Assembly (NCBI GenBank): GCA_035084275.1
Contig: CM068754.1
Span: 11,470,001-11,534,000, forward strand
Reading direction: 5' to 3'
Length of the DNA stretch: 64,000 bases
Source: Hydrolagus colliei
Taxonomy: Eukaryota
Positions 63,156 through 64,000 of the stretch are shown piece by piece. Made by a program: the position numbers and the translations under genes. A model generated the notes under the pieces. The model was given only the letters and a program-made list of their open reading frames with translations, had not been told where the DNA came from and ran no database searches. Position 1 is the first letter of the stretch; every line of letters starts with the position of its first letter.

Positions 63156-64000
63156 TGGATTCCGTTGCAGAAGAGCAATTTAGCTGCCTTAAAGGTGCTA
63201 ACTTTGAGTATCTCACTAAACCTACAATTCCCAAGCCAACTTGTAGCATGATTAATCACTAGTTTTTTCAAGCATCAGGATTTCATGTTTCGGGCTGCAT
63301 CTCAAAAAATAAGTAATAATGTACTGTAGCCCTTTTATTCTGTTATATAATTTTATAAAAAAAACATAATGTGAATCTTTTAAATGCTTCAATTGCTTCT
63401 ATCCTAAAATTTGCACCCGAGTTATTAATTAATGCCCTCAGGTAACAACTTGTGAAAGGTTATAACAAAGATATATCTGTAGCTACGAGCGCCTCTCTAC
63501 ATTTTCACCTTAGTATGCCTTTGATAATGATTTGCTTAATGTTACTCGTGGTGCTTCATGTAAAATGATGCCATTCTCCTCCTTTCACCTGACGAGATAG
63601 ATCTCAATCCATTGCGGAGCAGTTGAGCTTTGAGTACCTTTACCAGCCCTCCAGCAATGTCGAACAAAAACTTCCTAACATTGGTTCACAGTAAGCAGCT
63701 CTAAACAACCCACTTAAAAATTAATGTAGTTATTCTACATTAATAATTCTACTGTCAGAACAGTTCAGTTCATAATAAATCCTAAGCATCTTAACTTCTT
63801 CACAACCATCTTAACTTCTTTCTAATACTACAGGGTAACCCCATTATAAATGCAGTTGTCTGGCTCTCATATCTTAAGAGGCCACAGTATAATGAAGTGT
63901 GAAAAAATATTTGGCTTCCAGATTGTCAAGTCACTGTGGACGTCTCTCTTCCTGTGCACTGCTTGGCATGCAGGAAGTGACATTAACGGTTCTTTCACTG

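Noticed and set aside
57386-64000. GPC3 exon 5 (expected ...CWNG...)
   Set aside because: No matching sequence found by eye; it probably lies beyond the window.
1-64000. CRISPR array, operon or other prokaryotic system
   Set aside because: This is eukaryotic intron/exon DNA with no regularly spaced repeat-spacer units; the recurring motifs are dispersed SINE/LINE tails.

Overview
Vertebrate genomic DNA, repeat-rich and mostly intronic. The repeat families (tRNA-derived SINEs with L2-type tails, Deu-domain SINEs, CR1 LINEs with (GTTCTTAT)n tails) suggest a cartilaginous fish, possibly a chimaera; this is inferred. The window spans a head-to-tail pair of glypican genes on the minus strand. The upstream gene is GPC3/GPC5-class, most likely GPC3, and contributes its last three coding exons (57265-57385, 43175-43346, 29072-29253). 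About 19.5 kb downstream is coding exon 1 (9354-9510) of a GPC4/GPC6-class gene, most likely GPC4, whose intron 1 runs off the left end. Splice sites and phases join into one continuous frame. The rest is LINE/SINE/LTR debris, microsatellites and a 159-N gap. I found no convincing new multi-gene system. The best unexplained signals are a kinase-like degenerate ORF nested in the last GPC3 intron, a tandemly duplicated splice donor with an in-frame stop, a ~395-bp inverted duplication, a 156-bp TG..CA direct-repeat element, a pre-miRNA-sized hairpin, and an L2 fragment sitting ~20 nt from a splice acceptor. All family assignments come from remembered consensus sequences, not database searches.
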